In this document: piece after piece, positions 42,525 through 56,329 of the stretch
Numbering within the stretch: position 1 is the stretch's first letter
Layout of the letters: the number at the start of each line of letters is the position of its first letter
Source of the DNA: Octopus vulgaris
Taxonomy: Eukaryota
Direction: 5' to 3'
Length of the DNA stretch: 64,000 bases
Assembly (NCBI GenBank): GCA_951406725.2
Contig: OX597837.1
Coordinates: 3,844,001 to 3,908,000 of the forward strand
Made by a program: the position numbers and the translations under genes
Notes under the pieces: model-generated
What the model saw: the letters and a program-made list of their open reading frames with translations, nothing else
Databases searched by the model: none
What the model was told of the DNA's origin: nothing

Positions 42525-42669
42525 AATAATGATAATAATAATAATAATATTAATAAAAGGCCAAACATACACACAAATATATATATAAAATACAGTTTAC
42601 ATTTAAACATATAAATGGAAACCACTCATGGGATTTATCACGCTAGAAAGATTAAATATATAAACACGA

Positions 42670-42738
<69 letters not shown>

Positions 42739-43259
42739 ACACATATATACACGCATATAAGTGTGTATTCATGCATACAAGCATAAATATCGCACACGGT
42801 ATGGCTACGTATACAACACATAAAACACATGCAGACAGGCACACACATACCTATGTAAAATTATGCACGCACACACACACACACACATACATACACAAAC
42901 ACACACACACATTACCTATTTGATTTAAAACTTAAGTACCTTAGCTAATTTAGTATTCGGTTTATTTGCTAAGCTTTGAAACCATCTTAACTCTAGGCTG
43001 GCAAAAAACATTTAGAGGTCTTATATTATCGTATAAAAACATTCGAATGTCGAGAAGTCGACATGGCTGTCATCCAATGGCCGAAGAGAGCGATGCAGAT
43101 TGGCACCAGGTCAAAGACAGTAAACAATAAAATTACACAGAGACGAAACACTAAGCCTTAATTCATTCATTAAACGCTCATATTAATAATGGATGAATCC
43201 ACAAAATGGCAGGACAAAAGGTCGAGACAATTAGCCTCCTTCCATCAAGAGATATAGAT

Positions 43260-43302
<43 letters not shown>

Positions 43303-43469
43303 GTGAGAAAGAGAAGAAGGAGAAATAGAAAGATAGTGATCCAGGGAAAACATGTAAATACAATATTTTAAATTGTACTTTTTATAAATGCGTGACAAGT
43401 GTCTTCTACTATAGGACGACCAAAGCCTTGTGAGGAGATTTGGTAGACGGAAACAGAAAGAAGCCTGTC

Positions 43470-43556
<87 letters not shown>

Positions 43557-43559
<3 letters not shown>

Positions 43560-43854
43560 TAAATAATTAGGGTTCAGCAACGATTTGCCTCGCCACACAC
43601 CGAATTTAGAAATAGCAGTAAAAAAGTCTTGGCTATTCCTTCTACTTTAAAGAGAGATCCAAAGTAGAAGGAATAGCCAAGACTTTTTGACTGCTGTTTC
43701 TAAATTCGGTGTGTGGCGAGGCAAATCGTTGCTGAACACTAATTATTTAGTATTACTTAAACTTACCATGAATTGGTCTTTTACATGCCGAATTCTACTT
43801 GGTGAAATTACTGATTACTTCTTAATTAATTAATTTCACCCTTTGTTATTATTG
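43557..43854 (+). mobile_element. Fold-back element in (TA)n
   Basis: Arms 43557-43648 / 43661-43752 plus an unpaired tail. Confidence 0.85.
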
Positions 43855-43870
43855 ATATATATATATATGA

Positions 43871-44260
43871 ATTTTTTGCGTAATGAAATAAAAAAAAAGC
43901 AAGGCAGTGTAGATTTTAGAACATTTAAATATAGAAGGTCTTACAGCTGTTTGCAGGAGATTTATTAATTATATCCCTTCATCGGAGACGGTGTGAAAGG
44001 ATGGTTAAGTAATAGTTAATTTAGATGGGATACAAAATAGAGAGTGAGGTGGAGGAAACAAAATACATGTGAGATATGTAGGGATATTGAATTTGTAGAT
44101 TCATTTTTTTAGGCAGAATGGTATATATGTAAGATTCCAATACCTTATGAGAAAAATCCAACAGTATTTAAAATTTTTCATTGCAAGTAAGACCTTCTAT
44201 TTATAAATGCTCTAATATCTACACTGCCTTGTTTTTTTTTATCTCATTATGCAAAATTTT
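43871..44260 (-). mobile_element. Fold-back element with degenerate HHR (43938-43989)
   Basis: Arms 43871-43944 / 44187-44260; gtct CCGATGA a ggga..tctcct gcAAA cagctg TA agac. Confidence 0.65.
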
Positions 44261-44400
44261 TTTATATACACACGCTGGTATATGACTTAAGTTAGACTCC
44301 TTATTCACAAAATCACCGAACCTGGAGCTTAACTATGGTCTGTCTATAGCACTTATTCAGCATTACCTGACACCTTTGGGTCTCAATGACGCCATTACCT

Positions 44401-44469
<69 letters not shown>

Positions 44470-44487
<18 letters not shown>

Positions 44488-44690
44488 TTGTCCCCCCCCC
44501 CCCCAAAACATCGCTTGACAACTGATGTTGATGTGTTTACGTCCCGGTACCTTAGTAGTTCGGCAAAAGAGACCGATAGAATAAGTACTAAGGTTACAAA
44601 GAATATGTCACGGGGGGGAGGATGTTTTTCGACTAAAGGCAGTGCTGCAGTATGGACTGAAACAAATAAAAGAATAATAGAATAAAAGAA
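44470..44690 (+). mobile_element. SINE B 3' half
   Basis: Similarity to other copies. Confidence 0.85.
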
Positions 44691-44749
44691 TGCACGATGC
44701 AATATGTAATATGAAATATGATCAAGTAACTAAACATTATAGATAACGT

Positions 44750-45170
44750 ATACTCTTTACTCATTACTCTTTTACTTGTTTCAGTCATTTGACTGCGGCC
44801 ATGCTGGAGCACCGCCTTTAATCGAGCAACTCGACCCCGGAACTTATTCTTTGTAAGCCCAGTACTTATTCTATCGGTCTCTTTTGCCGAACCGCTAAGT
44901 GGCGGGGACGTAGACACACCAGCATCGGTTGTCAAGCAATGCTAGGGGGACAAACACAGACACACAAACACACAAACACACACACATATATATACATACA
45001 TATATACGACAGGCTTCTTTCAGTTTCCGTCTACCAAATCCACTCACAAGGCATTGGTCGGCCCGGGGCTATAGCAGAAGACACTTGCCCAAGATGCCAC
45101 GCAGTGGGACTGAACCCGCAACCATGTGGTTGGTTAGCAAGCTACTTACCACACAGCCACTCTTGCGCCT
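44750..45170 (-). mobile_element. SINE B, full length
   Basis: Head-to-tail similarity. Confidence 0.92.
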
Positions 45171-45323
45171 ATATTTATTTTAATCTGATTGAAAATTATG
45201 CTACATATATAGATAAATATAATTTACCATTGAAAAGCTTATTTTCGGTTCTTTAGGAGAAGCTGCTGTGTTCATTTCTATCGACGATTTATTTTAGTTC
45301 ACACAACATATATTTAATAGAAA

Positions 45324-45370
<47 letters not shown>

Positions 45371-45879
45371 AGCAGTGAGAACTTAATATTCCAATTTATA
45401 TTTTCTAAATCAATAATACTTCTTTCAGATGTCAAACGTGTGTCAAAACACAAGCACTTCTCAATCTTTTGTATATTTATCTATTTCAGCAGCGCAGACG
45501 TAGAAGTATCAGATGTACTCTACTCTGTCTCTTTTCGTATATTTCTGTCTGTCTGTCTGTTTGTCTGCCTGTCTGTCAGTCTGTCTCTCTCTCTGTCTTT
45601 CTCTCACTCCATCTCTCTCTCTCTTTCTCTCACTCTCACTCTGCCTCTCTCACCATTCGTCGACGCTCACTTTGTCTCTCTTTACTCACAACATTCATAA
45701 GCGATTTTGTCCGTCAAGTATGACGGCGAACTCTCCTCTGCCAATAAATAAATAATTAAATAAACAAAAAAATAAATAAACAAACGCATAAATGATTGAA
45801 TAAATACATAGTTAAATAAATAAATAAATATATAAATCAATAAATGCAGTGAAGCTTTCGATCGTTAGAAGAGGAGAAA

Positions 45880-46284
45880 ACCGGGGAAGTGGGGATGGAA
45901 ATTCAAACTCATTATCTTGAGTTCAGTTTCCATGTCCATCTTTACTTATGGTCCGTAATGTTGGGTGATGACGGAAAGATTACAAGTGGGTTACTCAGAT
46001 GAGTTTCTGGAGCAATGTTGCTCGACAGGGTGCGCGGTTTGGAGATTAGGGAGTCTCTCCAAGTCGAGCCGAAACTTATCCGTATTGAAGCTACAATACT
46101 AAGGAGATGTGATTAGAGCGGAGTGGCTGTGTGGTAAGTAGCTTGCTAACCAACCACATGGTTCCGGGTTCAATCCCACTGCGTGGCATCTTGGGCAAGT
46201 GTCTTCTGCTATAGCCCCGGGCCGACCAATGCCTTGTGAGTGGATTTGGTAGACGGAAACTGAAAGAAGCCTGTCGCATATATG

Positions 46285-46315
<31 letters not shown>

Positions 46316-46785
46316 TTGTGTGTCTGTGTTTGTTCCCCTAGCATTGCTTGACAACCGATGCTGGTGTGTTTACGTCCCCGTCACTTAGCGGTTCGGCAAA
46401 AAAAGACCGATAGAATAAGTACTGGGCTTACAAAAAGAATAAGTCTCGGGGTCGAGTTGCTCGACTAAAGGCGGTGCTCCAGCATGGCCGCAGTCAAGTG
46501 GCTGAAACAAGTAAAAGAGTAAAAGAGTAAAAGAGAGTAAAGAGAGCGTCGCAGGAAAGAATCGCAAGGTGAATTCTTCGAACGTAGCCAAGTGGCAGGA
46601 GACTTTAGGAGTAAACCAAAATCAGGATGGTGGAAAAATATCCTTAGTCTTATTTGGCTACGCTTGGGTATCCACCTGGAAAGTGTAATGACGGTTGCTT
46701 CTGATAGGACCCTAAATAAGAGGTGCCTGAAGAATCTACCATGGCGAGCATTCTAGGAATGATTGGCAGGGTAGTTGGATGGAGG
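45880..46785 (+). pseudogene. Decayed RTE-clade LINE 3' fragment interrupted by SINE B
   Basis: SIFTYGP*CWVMTERL..LLDRVRGLEIRESLQVEP..ASQERIAR..RLGIHLESVMTVASDR. Confidence 0.65.
46121..46542 (+). mobile_element. SINE B, full length
   Basis: Possible TSD agagcg at 46115-46120 and 46543-46548. Confidence 0.92.
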
Positions 46786-46909
46786 GTAACGCAAAATATT
46801 AATCGACTTAATCCGTTTGTCTGTCCTTGTTTGTCCCCTCTGTGTGTAGCCCCTTGTGGGCAGTAAAGAAATAAGAATCAGACGGACTAGAGAACAAAAG
46901 AGAGGAAAG

Positions 46910-46960
<51 letters not shown>

Positions 46961-47630
46961 GAAAAGAGAGAACGACAGAGAGAAATAGAGAGAAACAGGA
47001 AGGTGAAAGAGAGGCAAACGAAAGGACGCGATAATCGGATCCAAGAGTGGAAAGCTGGAAGCTTCGAGAAGTGAGTAGCAGGTATAGAGAACAAAAAATG
47101 GACAGAATATAAGAAACAATAACACTTTCCTCCATACTGAAGATTTACAAAAGATTTTTGTAATATTAAATGTCACCGAGGTGTTGCATCTCAGTGACGT
47201 CTAATATTACAATCTCAGTTTTCTGTAAATTCTTGCTGCGCAAGTGATTTGTTTAAAGTTATCAAAAGTACATATGCCACACATTATATTTCAGACACCA
47301 CCTCAAATACGCATTGTCTGTACAGGGTGTCCCAGTGGTCGCAGAGTAACGTGAAAAGAAATGCTTTATCTCAGAACACAGAGCATCATCCGATCCCGGA
47401 ATCGAAACTAGGGACTTGAAACTACTGATGATAGTATGTTGATATACTAATTATACCTAACTCTCTGTACACACACACACATATACACACACGCACAGAA
47501 ACACACACACACGTGTGTGTGTTATCATTATTGGTTAGGAAATCGTATGATATACACCTGGTTCAGTGTTCGTTGGTTATTTGATTAAAAAGGGAGATGG
47601 AAGATGGAAGATATGAGAATTTTTATTGAG

Positions 47631-47733
47631 CACTACAATTATTTCGACACATCTCGCATCGATAATTTCGCGAGTGGGGTACTAAACATCTGGTTTAGGT
47701 GCATCCGTAGGTGTAGATGTGTTTCCTCAGGTG
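47631..47733 (-). ncRNA. Type I hammerhead with enlarged stem II
   Basis: cac CTGAGGA a acacatct...agatgtgt c GAAA taattg TA gtg. Confidence 0.7.
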
Positions 47734-48984
47734 ATTTCAAGAGGCATCTCGTTAAAATAAACTCTGTTTCGCGAGATTTCTTCTCGTTCTTCGTAAGTAT
47801 AAATGGCACATTAAAGCATCAGACTTATAGGAGATTCATATATATATATGTATGTGTGTATGTATATATATATATATACACACGCACTTTGGGCCTTCTT
47901 GTCGTTGACAACGGAGTAGGGTTCCGCGAGTTCCGAACAAACACCTTTACGGTTACTGAAAAACCTGCACAGATAGCCATTTGTGTTTTTTATCAAATGT
48001 GATCGAAGAAACATGGAATGAAAGGAGGTGATTACACAAGACATGGAACGAAGTTCAGCAATGCAATTCAATGCAATAAACCACCGTGAATCGAAATATA
48101 CCCAGGAATCTAAACCGTGTTCTTGCGATCGTGTGTGCAACACCCTAACCACTTATGCCACGCGTTTTTCGTTATAATTACTACACATTATATAAACTAG
48201 TAGCTAAGGCATTAATCTATTTTACCCAGTTTCCGAATTTACGATAAGAAATAATTGCCTAAATTAAATTATGAATGAATTTACTCTTAAGAGTCTCAAC
48301 GTGAATGTAGCGTTTAGGTATTATATGACCAGTTTGAGATAGAAATAGCTTAAGATGAATTCTTTAATATTCTCTTCACAAATTATTATCAGAATCTTAA
48401 AGAAACAATCAAACTCAATTTATATTCTTAACTATATGGATATCGTTGATTAGCAATTATCCATCCGGTTTAATACAATCAGTATCACGCGATTCTTTTG
48501 TTATTTCAACGGCGTGCGTTCTAGTGCCAGCTTTCAGTCGAGATCTTTAATGTGTGGTTAACGGGAATTTTTCGTTCGTGTGTTTGCTTTGCAGGATTCT
48601 TGATATAAACTTGAGCGCTGAAGCATATTTTGTTGTGCCTCGGGTAGGGGGCTCATCGTGCCAACAATAAACACGCGTACTGTTTCTAGTTCCGTTCTTT
48701 ATTAATATTAACCAATTCGTAAGCATTTAACTAGCTAACTAATCAGTTATTTTATTAATCTTTCGGTCAATCAATCAACCAGCGAGGTTTGTCTAATTGC
48801 TTTCGATGTCATTCATTCTGAATCTCATTAATTGAATAACCTCTCTAGTTCAGTTCTACTTCGGCTCTGTCTTCTTAGGAAGATATGTCATTGATGAGAT
48901 GGTGAGTGGCAACGAAAGGGCTTTGATCGATTGACCGAATGGTCACAGAAGCACAACTAATGGAATCTTTATTCATAATACTGG

Positions 48985-49404
48985 CTTCAAATTTTGGCAC
49001 AAGGCCGGCAATTTGGAGGCAAGGGAAAATCCATTACATTAACATAAGTGTTCAACTGGTACTTATTTTATCGACCTCCAACGGATGAAAAGCAAAATTT
49101 ACCCCGGCGGAATTTGAACACAGAACGTATAGACGGGGGAAATACCGCTCAGCATTTTGTCCAACGTGGTAACGCTTCTTATTTCTTTATTGCCCACAAG
49201 GGGCTAAACGTAGAGGGGACAAACAGAGATAGACAAAGGGATTAAGTCGATTACATTGACCCCAGTGCGTAACAGGTACTTAATTTATGGACCCCGAAAG
49301 GATGAAAGGCATAGCCGACTTCGGCGGAATTTGAACTCAGAACGTAACGGCAGACGAAATACCGCTGAGCATTCCGCCCCGGCGTTTTAACGTCTCTGCC
49401 AGCT
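48985..49404 (-). mobile_element. SINE A, long form
   Basis: Reverse complement matches head, unit and tail. Confidence 0.85.
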
Positions 49405-49594
49405 CAACGCAGTAACGCTTCTTCCAGCTCCCCGTCCTCTTCTTTGACCATTTTGCGCCCATGCATTTTTGACCGTCTTCTTCCAAGATCTATGAAATAC
49501 AGTAATAAACAAGAGTACTGGAGTGGAGTCCGCAGTAGGTCCACAATCAGATGACTGTTCCTAGAAAAAACAAAACAACAAAATAATATTACGA

Positions 49595-49764
49595 AGGCGT
49601 GGCCATGTGGTAAGAAGCTTACTTCTCTATCAGATAGTTCCAGGTTCAGTCCCACTGCGTGGCACCTGGTTCAAGTGTCTTCTACTATAGCCTCGTGCCG
49701 ACCAAAGCCTTGTGGGTGGAATTGGTAGACGGGAACTGAAAGAAGCCAGTCGTATGTATTTATG

Positions 49765-49856
<92 letters not shown>

Positions 49857-50080
49857 GTGTCGTGCCTTTGTGTCTGTGTTTGTCCCCCAGCATCGCTTGA
49901 CAACTGATGTTGGTGTGTTTACGTCCCCGTAACTTAACGGTTCGGCAAAGGAGACCGATAGAATAAGTACTAGGCTTACAAAGAATAAGATCTGGGGTGG
50001 ATTTCTGGACTAAAGGTAGTGCTCCAGTATGGCCGCCGTCAAATGACAGAAAAAAGTAGAAGAGCGGAAGAGTAAAGAGT
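49595..50080 (+). mobile_element. SINE B, full length with expanded (TA)n
   Basis: Similarity to other copies. Confidence 0.88.
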
Positions 50081-50619
50081 TGGTGTAACCTTGAGAAAAC
50101 TGCAAAAACATTTCTACTACAAAATATTATTAAAAAAAATTAATAAATAAATAAAATGAAATAAATCTGATTGGATGAAAATTGTCAATTTACATTTTCT
50201 GATTTCTGATCAAATAATGTTTTTTTTCAAATTATATTTTTTTCTTCGTATAACTCGTTGTACGTAAATTTTATATAAAATATATATTCTGTGGAAATAT
50301 CAACAGGTTTGCTTAGATAATATTCAACCCTATAATCTTGTAACTCTTTCTACGTAGGAAGTAAAAATTGTTTATTGATGTTTTATGGCTTATCGAAATG
50401 TGTATTCATGGCACTCCCCCCCCACACCACCTTAGATCCTTAGATATATCAATTTTTTTAATACGAGCACAGTTATTCAAAAACTGCAAAAAGTTTAGTA
50501 AGTGCTTTCCTTTCTGTATGTTGATAATTATAATATTATAGATATCCTTGAGTGACTTAGATTTTTATGGACATGAGTATTTTTATCGATTCTTTTCATG
50601 ATATGTTTAGATTGTAGTA

Positions 50620-50672
50620 ATATAAATATACATATGTGTGTTGGTAGGTGTGTCTGCGCATGTGTATATATG

Positions 50673-50719
<47 letters not shown>

Positions 50720-51115
50720 GCATATATATATATATGTATATAAATATATATATATATATATATATAATATATATATATATAAATACATATGTGCATATAC
50801 ATATACATTTATATATATATGTGTTTGTGTGTATATGTTCATATATATATATATATATATATATATAGCATGCACATATATAAATATATAAAAATGTACA
50901 TATATGTACATATATGTATATGTATTTGTGTGCTTGTATGTATATATATATATGTATATATACATACACACATATGTAACATATTATATATATATAATAT
51001 GACATATACATATATGTATACATATATATATATAATATTATATATACATAATATATTATATATATATCATATATATATATATATATATTTGTGTGTGTGT
51101 TTGTGTGTGTGTATG
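50620..51115. repeat. Degenerate (TA)n/(TG)n low-complexity tract
   Basis: Direct reading. Confidence 0.9.
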
Positions 51116-51794
51116 TGTGACGTATATTTGTGTAGAGTATATGTTTGTTTAACTTTTACAAGAAAAATCTTAACCTCCTTCAAATTTTCTATTTACTCGC
51201 CTTCGTTGTATATATTCTGTATATGTATTTGGTGAACAGATGTATCTTATATTGTTATTATAGTGTCAACTAATATAATTACATTCTCTACACGTTATTT
51301 CTATCAAGTGTATTATACCTACACACAATTACATTAGACCGAATAAACTATTTCGGCGCCAAACTCATCTGTTCTTCGAAGAATAAGAAAAATTTCAATT
51401 TTACCTAAAAAGAAAAGTAACACCGTAATGCAAAAGAAATGATTATAGAAAAGAAAGCGAACATGGAAGAGAAAAAAAAATGTTTAGATATAATTACATG
51501 AGAATTTTTTTTCGGAATGTTGGTCTTTCGTACGTTTTTTCTAATAAAATTGAAAAAAACACTACAAGTCTCATCAAATATCTTCGGTTTTAGCAATCAC
51601 AAAACGCGACGGCATTATCTGATCATTCGCTAAACAAACGGATGATTATTTTTGATATGAGCATCAAACTTTGACGTGTTGCCGTATTTCAGTGAAGAAT
51701 CAACGAAAAGTTAAACTATTCATGGTTTTGGTACGATAAACCTGGTCAGGTGGTGAAGATGGTCGCTTTGCAACTATTTCGTTTTTATGTTTAA

Positions 51795-52080
51795 CAAGCA
51801 GTATCTCCCAGCGTTGCTCGGGTTTGTAAGGGAAATAACTATATAATCATTTTTAGAGAGTTATATAAATAGAGCAAAAAATGCATTGAAAAAATGATGA
51901 TAAATTTTTCTAAATTGTAGACTCATCGTAGACGCGCGCTAATACCCAGAAGGGCTAGATATGAATCACGACTATAAGATACCCGCTTTTGGTTAAACTG
52001 CACCGCAAAATGTGGGAGTAGTTAGGAATCTAAATCGGAGGAGACAGACTCTCACACAACTTCAGTTTTATATATAAAGA
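51795..52080 (-). mobile_element. Non-autonomous Helitron
   Basis: Minus strand A|TCTTTATATATAAA start, subterminal hairpin cccgagcaacgctggg, end ..tgCTTG|T (one change from CTAG), no TSD. Confidence 0.75.
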
Positions 52081-52599
52081 TTTCACTGATTGGAATACGT
52101 GGCGAGTGTTTAATATCATCGCCTTAGGTATACGGAAACTGTTTGGAAGCTCATAGCTGGGATTCTTAATGTTATTGCTTTGATGGTAAATGTAGTCCGT
52201 CATCCCGTTAAATGCAACCCCTTGTCTTTGTATGCCTTAAGTAGAATACACTTACTTGTAAGTATTTGGACTAAGCCCCTTACTTTAAGAAAAACTCCCT
52301 TGTTTACTCCCACCAATTACTTTCAACAGATTACTTAGAGGATGAATATGAGTCTCTGAAAAGTTTGATGATCTGTGTCCGTTATATTCTGACAGATCCA
52401 GTTAAAGAAAATGGTAAGTTTAACGCGATCTTATCTTGCTCTTGAAATTCTCAGATCAGTCTATCAGGGATCAGCTGATACATTTCAAAATGCATATAAA
52501 CAGAAAAGATTTCGGGAAGATTTGGTTACTATTTCTAGCCGGTTTCACATTCCATTCCTGGTGTTAACAAGCAAGCATCTCACATAGATGATCTAACGA

Positions 52600-53277
52600 A
52601 AGACTACTCTATCGACATTTTTCAGCCATCTTGGAAACATCTGAACCACTTGTACACTTGTGTGCGGCTCATACACTCCTCTCCACACACTTTCTGCAAC
52701 TTTGCGTAGCTCTCTGAGCAGACATCACCATGACAACTTTTTTCTGTCATGGTCAATGTGAATAACACACGCAACAACCTTCCTTCCAAGCACTGCTGTA
52801 AACAGCGGAAGTGACCTAGAACGTTAAATCTTATTCCTATTTCTTTACTACCCACAAGGGGTTAAACACAGAGAGGACAAACAAGGACAGACAAACGGAT
52901 TAAGTCGATTATATCGACCCCAGAGCGTAACTGGTATTTAATTTATCGACCCCGAAAGGATGAACGGCAAAGTCGACCTCGGCGGAATTTGAACTTAGAA
53001 CGTAACGACAGACGAAATACCTATTTCTTTATTACCCACAAGGGGCTAAACACAGAGGGGACAAACAAGGACAGACAAACGGATTAAGTCGATTATATCG
53101 ACCCCAGAGCGTAACTGGTACTTAATTTATCGACCCCGAAAGGATGGACGGCAAAGTCGACCTCGGCGGAATCTTATTCCGTATGCACAGCAGAGTTTAA
53201 GATCAGTCCGTGCCAGGCGGTTTCACTCTGCTTCGTTACTATGGCAACAAACCGGATACTCATTGATCTGACTTCGT
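52600..53277 (-). mobile_element. Mariner 5' fragment interrupted by SINE A
   Basis: Mos1-like HTH remnant SESYAKLQKVCGEECMSRTQVYKWFRCFQDG; TIR-like end ..gatctgacttcg|ta. Confidence 0.7.
52838..53169 (-). mobile_element. Headless and tailless SINE A internal-unit dimer with 11-bp TSD
   Basis: aatcttattcc at 52827-52837 and 53170-53180; unit period 184. Confidence 0.88.
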
Positions 53278-53750
53278 ATACATAAAACGCGTTGCAGCCC
53301 AAATACAAAGATTAAATATGTTTGTACTTTTAAGTAGATGCAAAATGCCAGCTAGAAATATCAATGCGAAATGTTAAAATACAGACGTAGCTCCAGGCTT
53401 AAAAGTTTAGAAGTACACTTTGTATGAAAATACGCGAAACAACAGAATTCGAAAGATTGTTTCGAATGCAAAAACGAAAACAATGTAAATGACAATGAAG
53501 ATACCAAAGGTTATATGTCTACGCACCTCAAAGGACAGTAAAGCGTGCACCGTTACTTTATTCATGGAAAGACAAGATGAAAGCTGGTATAGCTTTGTTA
53601 TACAAGAAAAGAAGATTTCTTCTAAGTGAGTTCGAACAAGGACTTGATTAGAGGAAACCCAAGGTTTCGTGTGACGGAGAGTATTCTTATTTCTTTACTG
53701 CACACATTTTTTCCTCCGTCTTCTCTTCCTTGGATCTTTCCTTTTTCTAT

Positions 53751-53785
53751 GTTTCTGACGAAGAGCTCCGCTCGAAACGTTAAAC
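53751..53785 (+). ncRNA. Canonical minimal type I hammerhead ribozyme
   Basis: gttt CTGACGA a gagc-tcc-gctc GAAA cg TT aaac. Confidence 0.85.
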
Positions 53786-53921
53786 CCTCCTTCTTTCTTT
53801 CGTGTGTTTTCAAGTTTGGATTAACTATATAAATATATATATATATATATATACATACATACATATGTACACACACACACAAACACACATACATACACGC
53901 ACGCATATATATATATCTATA

Positions 53922-53963
<42 letters not shown>

Positions 53964-53964
<1 letters not shown>

Positions 53965-54087
53965 ATAAATGAAAGAATGGAGTCGAACGAAGATGTTAAC
54001 AAAATTCCTTTACTCTCGACACATGTTTCCAAGACAGCATATTTTCATTCCGAAGGAATTTTGTTCGACTCCATTCTTTCATTTATT
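53964..54087. repeat. Fold-back beside (TA)n
   Basis: Arms 53964-54010 / 54053-54087 with one indel. Confidence 0.75.
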
Positions 54088-54303
54088 CATATACAACACA
54101 CAAATTTCTACACATGAACCCGGAGTTTCTACCCTTGACAGGTTGCTTCAACCGTGTTTTCTGACGTGAATTTTCTACCCAGTTTTCGGTTAAACGAATT
54201 TTCCATGCTGACGATAAACATAGGATAATCGACCAGCTTCCTTCCCACAAAATTTTCAAGGCCTTGTTGCTGGAACAGAAATAATAATAATAATAATAAT
54301 AAC

Positions 54304-54335
<32 letters not shown>

Positions 54336-54357
54336 TGATAATAATAATAATAATAAT

Positions 54358-54419
<62 letters not shown>

Positions 54420-54458
54420 CAACAATAATAATAATAATAATAATAATCATAATTATTA

Positions 54459-54518
<60 letters not shown>

Positions 54519-54530
54519 CATCATCATCAT

Positions 54531-54723
54531 TCAGTAGTTTTATTTTTATAACGTACTTTTACTTCACTACCGAGCGCAGCTCTGTGTGCCTTGGGTATGT
54601 GCTGTGATTTGTTGTGATGCTCTGATGGTTACTGTATTGAAAGTGTTCTGCGTAGGATGTGTGCAGGGACTAGTAGTGCAATTTTCTGTATGTTATATGT
54701 GTTTGGAAGTCCTGGTGTTTTTG

Positions 54724-54725
<2 letters not shown>
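54531..54725 (-). mobile_element. R4/Dong-like LINE 3' end (family 1) in (TTA)n
   Basis: Reverse complement of ~58210-58404. Confidence 0.85.
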
Positions 54726-54795
<70 letters not shown>

Positions 54796-54894
54796 TCATT
54801 ACTATTTGTAAACCCTCACACTTTATGTCTGTGTCTGCATTGTCTAACTTATCCTTTTCCCTAGTGGCAAATAAAATCCTTATCATTATTTTTG

Positions 54895-54943
<49 letters not shown>

Positions 54944-55597
54944 TCTTGTCTTCAGTGCTCAATGTCACCACTCCTGTCATTCACGTCGTTTAAAACGTTT
55001 TCCTATCTAGCTCGAACTATCATTAACGGTTCTGTCACGCATTTTCTTAACAATTTGCTTTTCCTATTTTTCATCTTCCCTTTGTTGTCGGAATCATTAA
55101 TGCTATTTGAACAAAACTGTTTCCAATATAAAGAAAACATTTACCGATTCTTTTCTGTATCTCCCAAAGCAGATTCTCACGGCCATTATTTTCCGAATCA
55201 GTTTTCTGACAGTTCTGTTTTTCACTCTCTTCTTTCATTATTACCGCAACGTCATAAGACGTTCTACTTTGAAGGGGTCAGAAAGAAAAATGCAAATCTT
55301 AGCCTCCGCCTCGGATTGTCAGTTTCCATCATTTCCGTTCCAAGGTAGAATCTGTCAACCATTATTTCACGAATCATTTCTCTTTTACGGATTTCGAAAA
55401 ATAAATCACTCCTTGTAGGGATGCCAATGGGGAATAGCGACGTAATTCCTCATTCTTCAAACGTGGAAAATGTTGAAGCACGTGTTTACTACAAGCCTAT
55501 ACATACACAAACACACACACACTAAACACACTCACACATACAAACACACACACACACACAAAATATATATATATATATATATATATATGCGTGTTTG

Positions 55598-55653
<56 letters not shown>

Positions 55654-55684
55654 AGTAGGTGAATGAATTATTTCATCAACTCCG

Positions 55685-55792
55685 AAAGCAAAGTTGACCT
55701 CGGCGGAATTTAAACTCAGAGCGTAGAGGCAGACGAACTGCTGCTAAGCATTTCCCCCGGCGTGCTAGCGATTCTGCCAGCTCGCCGCCTTC

Positions 55793-55842
<50 letters not shown>

Positions 55843-56012
55843 TAGTAGTAGTAGTTACAAATTTTGCACGAGGCCAGCAATTTCGCGTGAGCGAGTAAGT
55901 CAATTACAACGACCACGGTACTCAACTAGTATTTATTTTCTCGACCACGAAAGGGATGAAAACCAAAGTCACCATCGGGGAAAATTTGAACTCAGAACTT
56001 TATGACGGACGG
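55685..56012 (-). mobile_element. Two SINE A pieces separated by (TAA)n
   Basis: Head ends at 55789; diverged short form at 55858-56012. Confidence 0.8.
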
Positions 56013-56032
56013 GGCAGGATGCAGGGAACAAC

Positions 56033-56329
56033 ATGATTTACGTTGATTGTACAACAGAACGATTAAACAAAAAATTTAATGGGCGTAGACTCGACGTCAA
56101 GCAAAATAAGAGTAATTCGAGAGAACTTGCCGAACATTTTGCTTCAAACGGCTGCAATTTTGAAAAATATTTGAAAGTGCATACTCTCAGAAAATATCCT
56201 GAATCTGGGACACTTTCAATACTTAAAATGCATGAGGAGAAATACGTTTGCGGGTTATTAATATCATATCCTCGAAGAATGAATAAAATAACAGAATTTC
56301 ATCAAATTTACACAAAGCTGTTTGGTTAA
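56033..56329 (+). pseudogene. Penelope-like element GIY-YIG endonuclease C-terminal fragment, decayed
   Basis: IYVDCTTERLNKKF..ELAEHF..C.F..LKV..LKMHEEKYV..L..YP..MN follows the YIG-T-R..H..HF..E..PxGxN layout, with substitutions at conserved sites. Confidence 0.7.

Noticed and set aside
54962-55418. 128-aa and 103-aa ORFs in unique DNA
   Set aside because: Low-complexity F/S/L bias and no recognisable domain; a small exon cannot be excluded without RNA data
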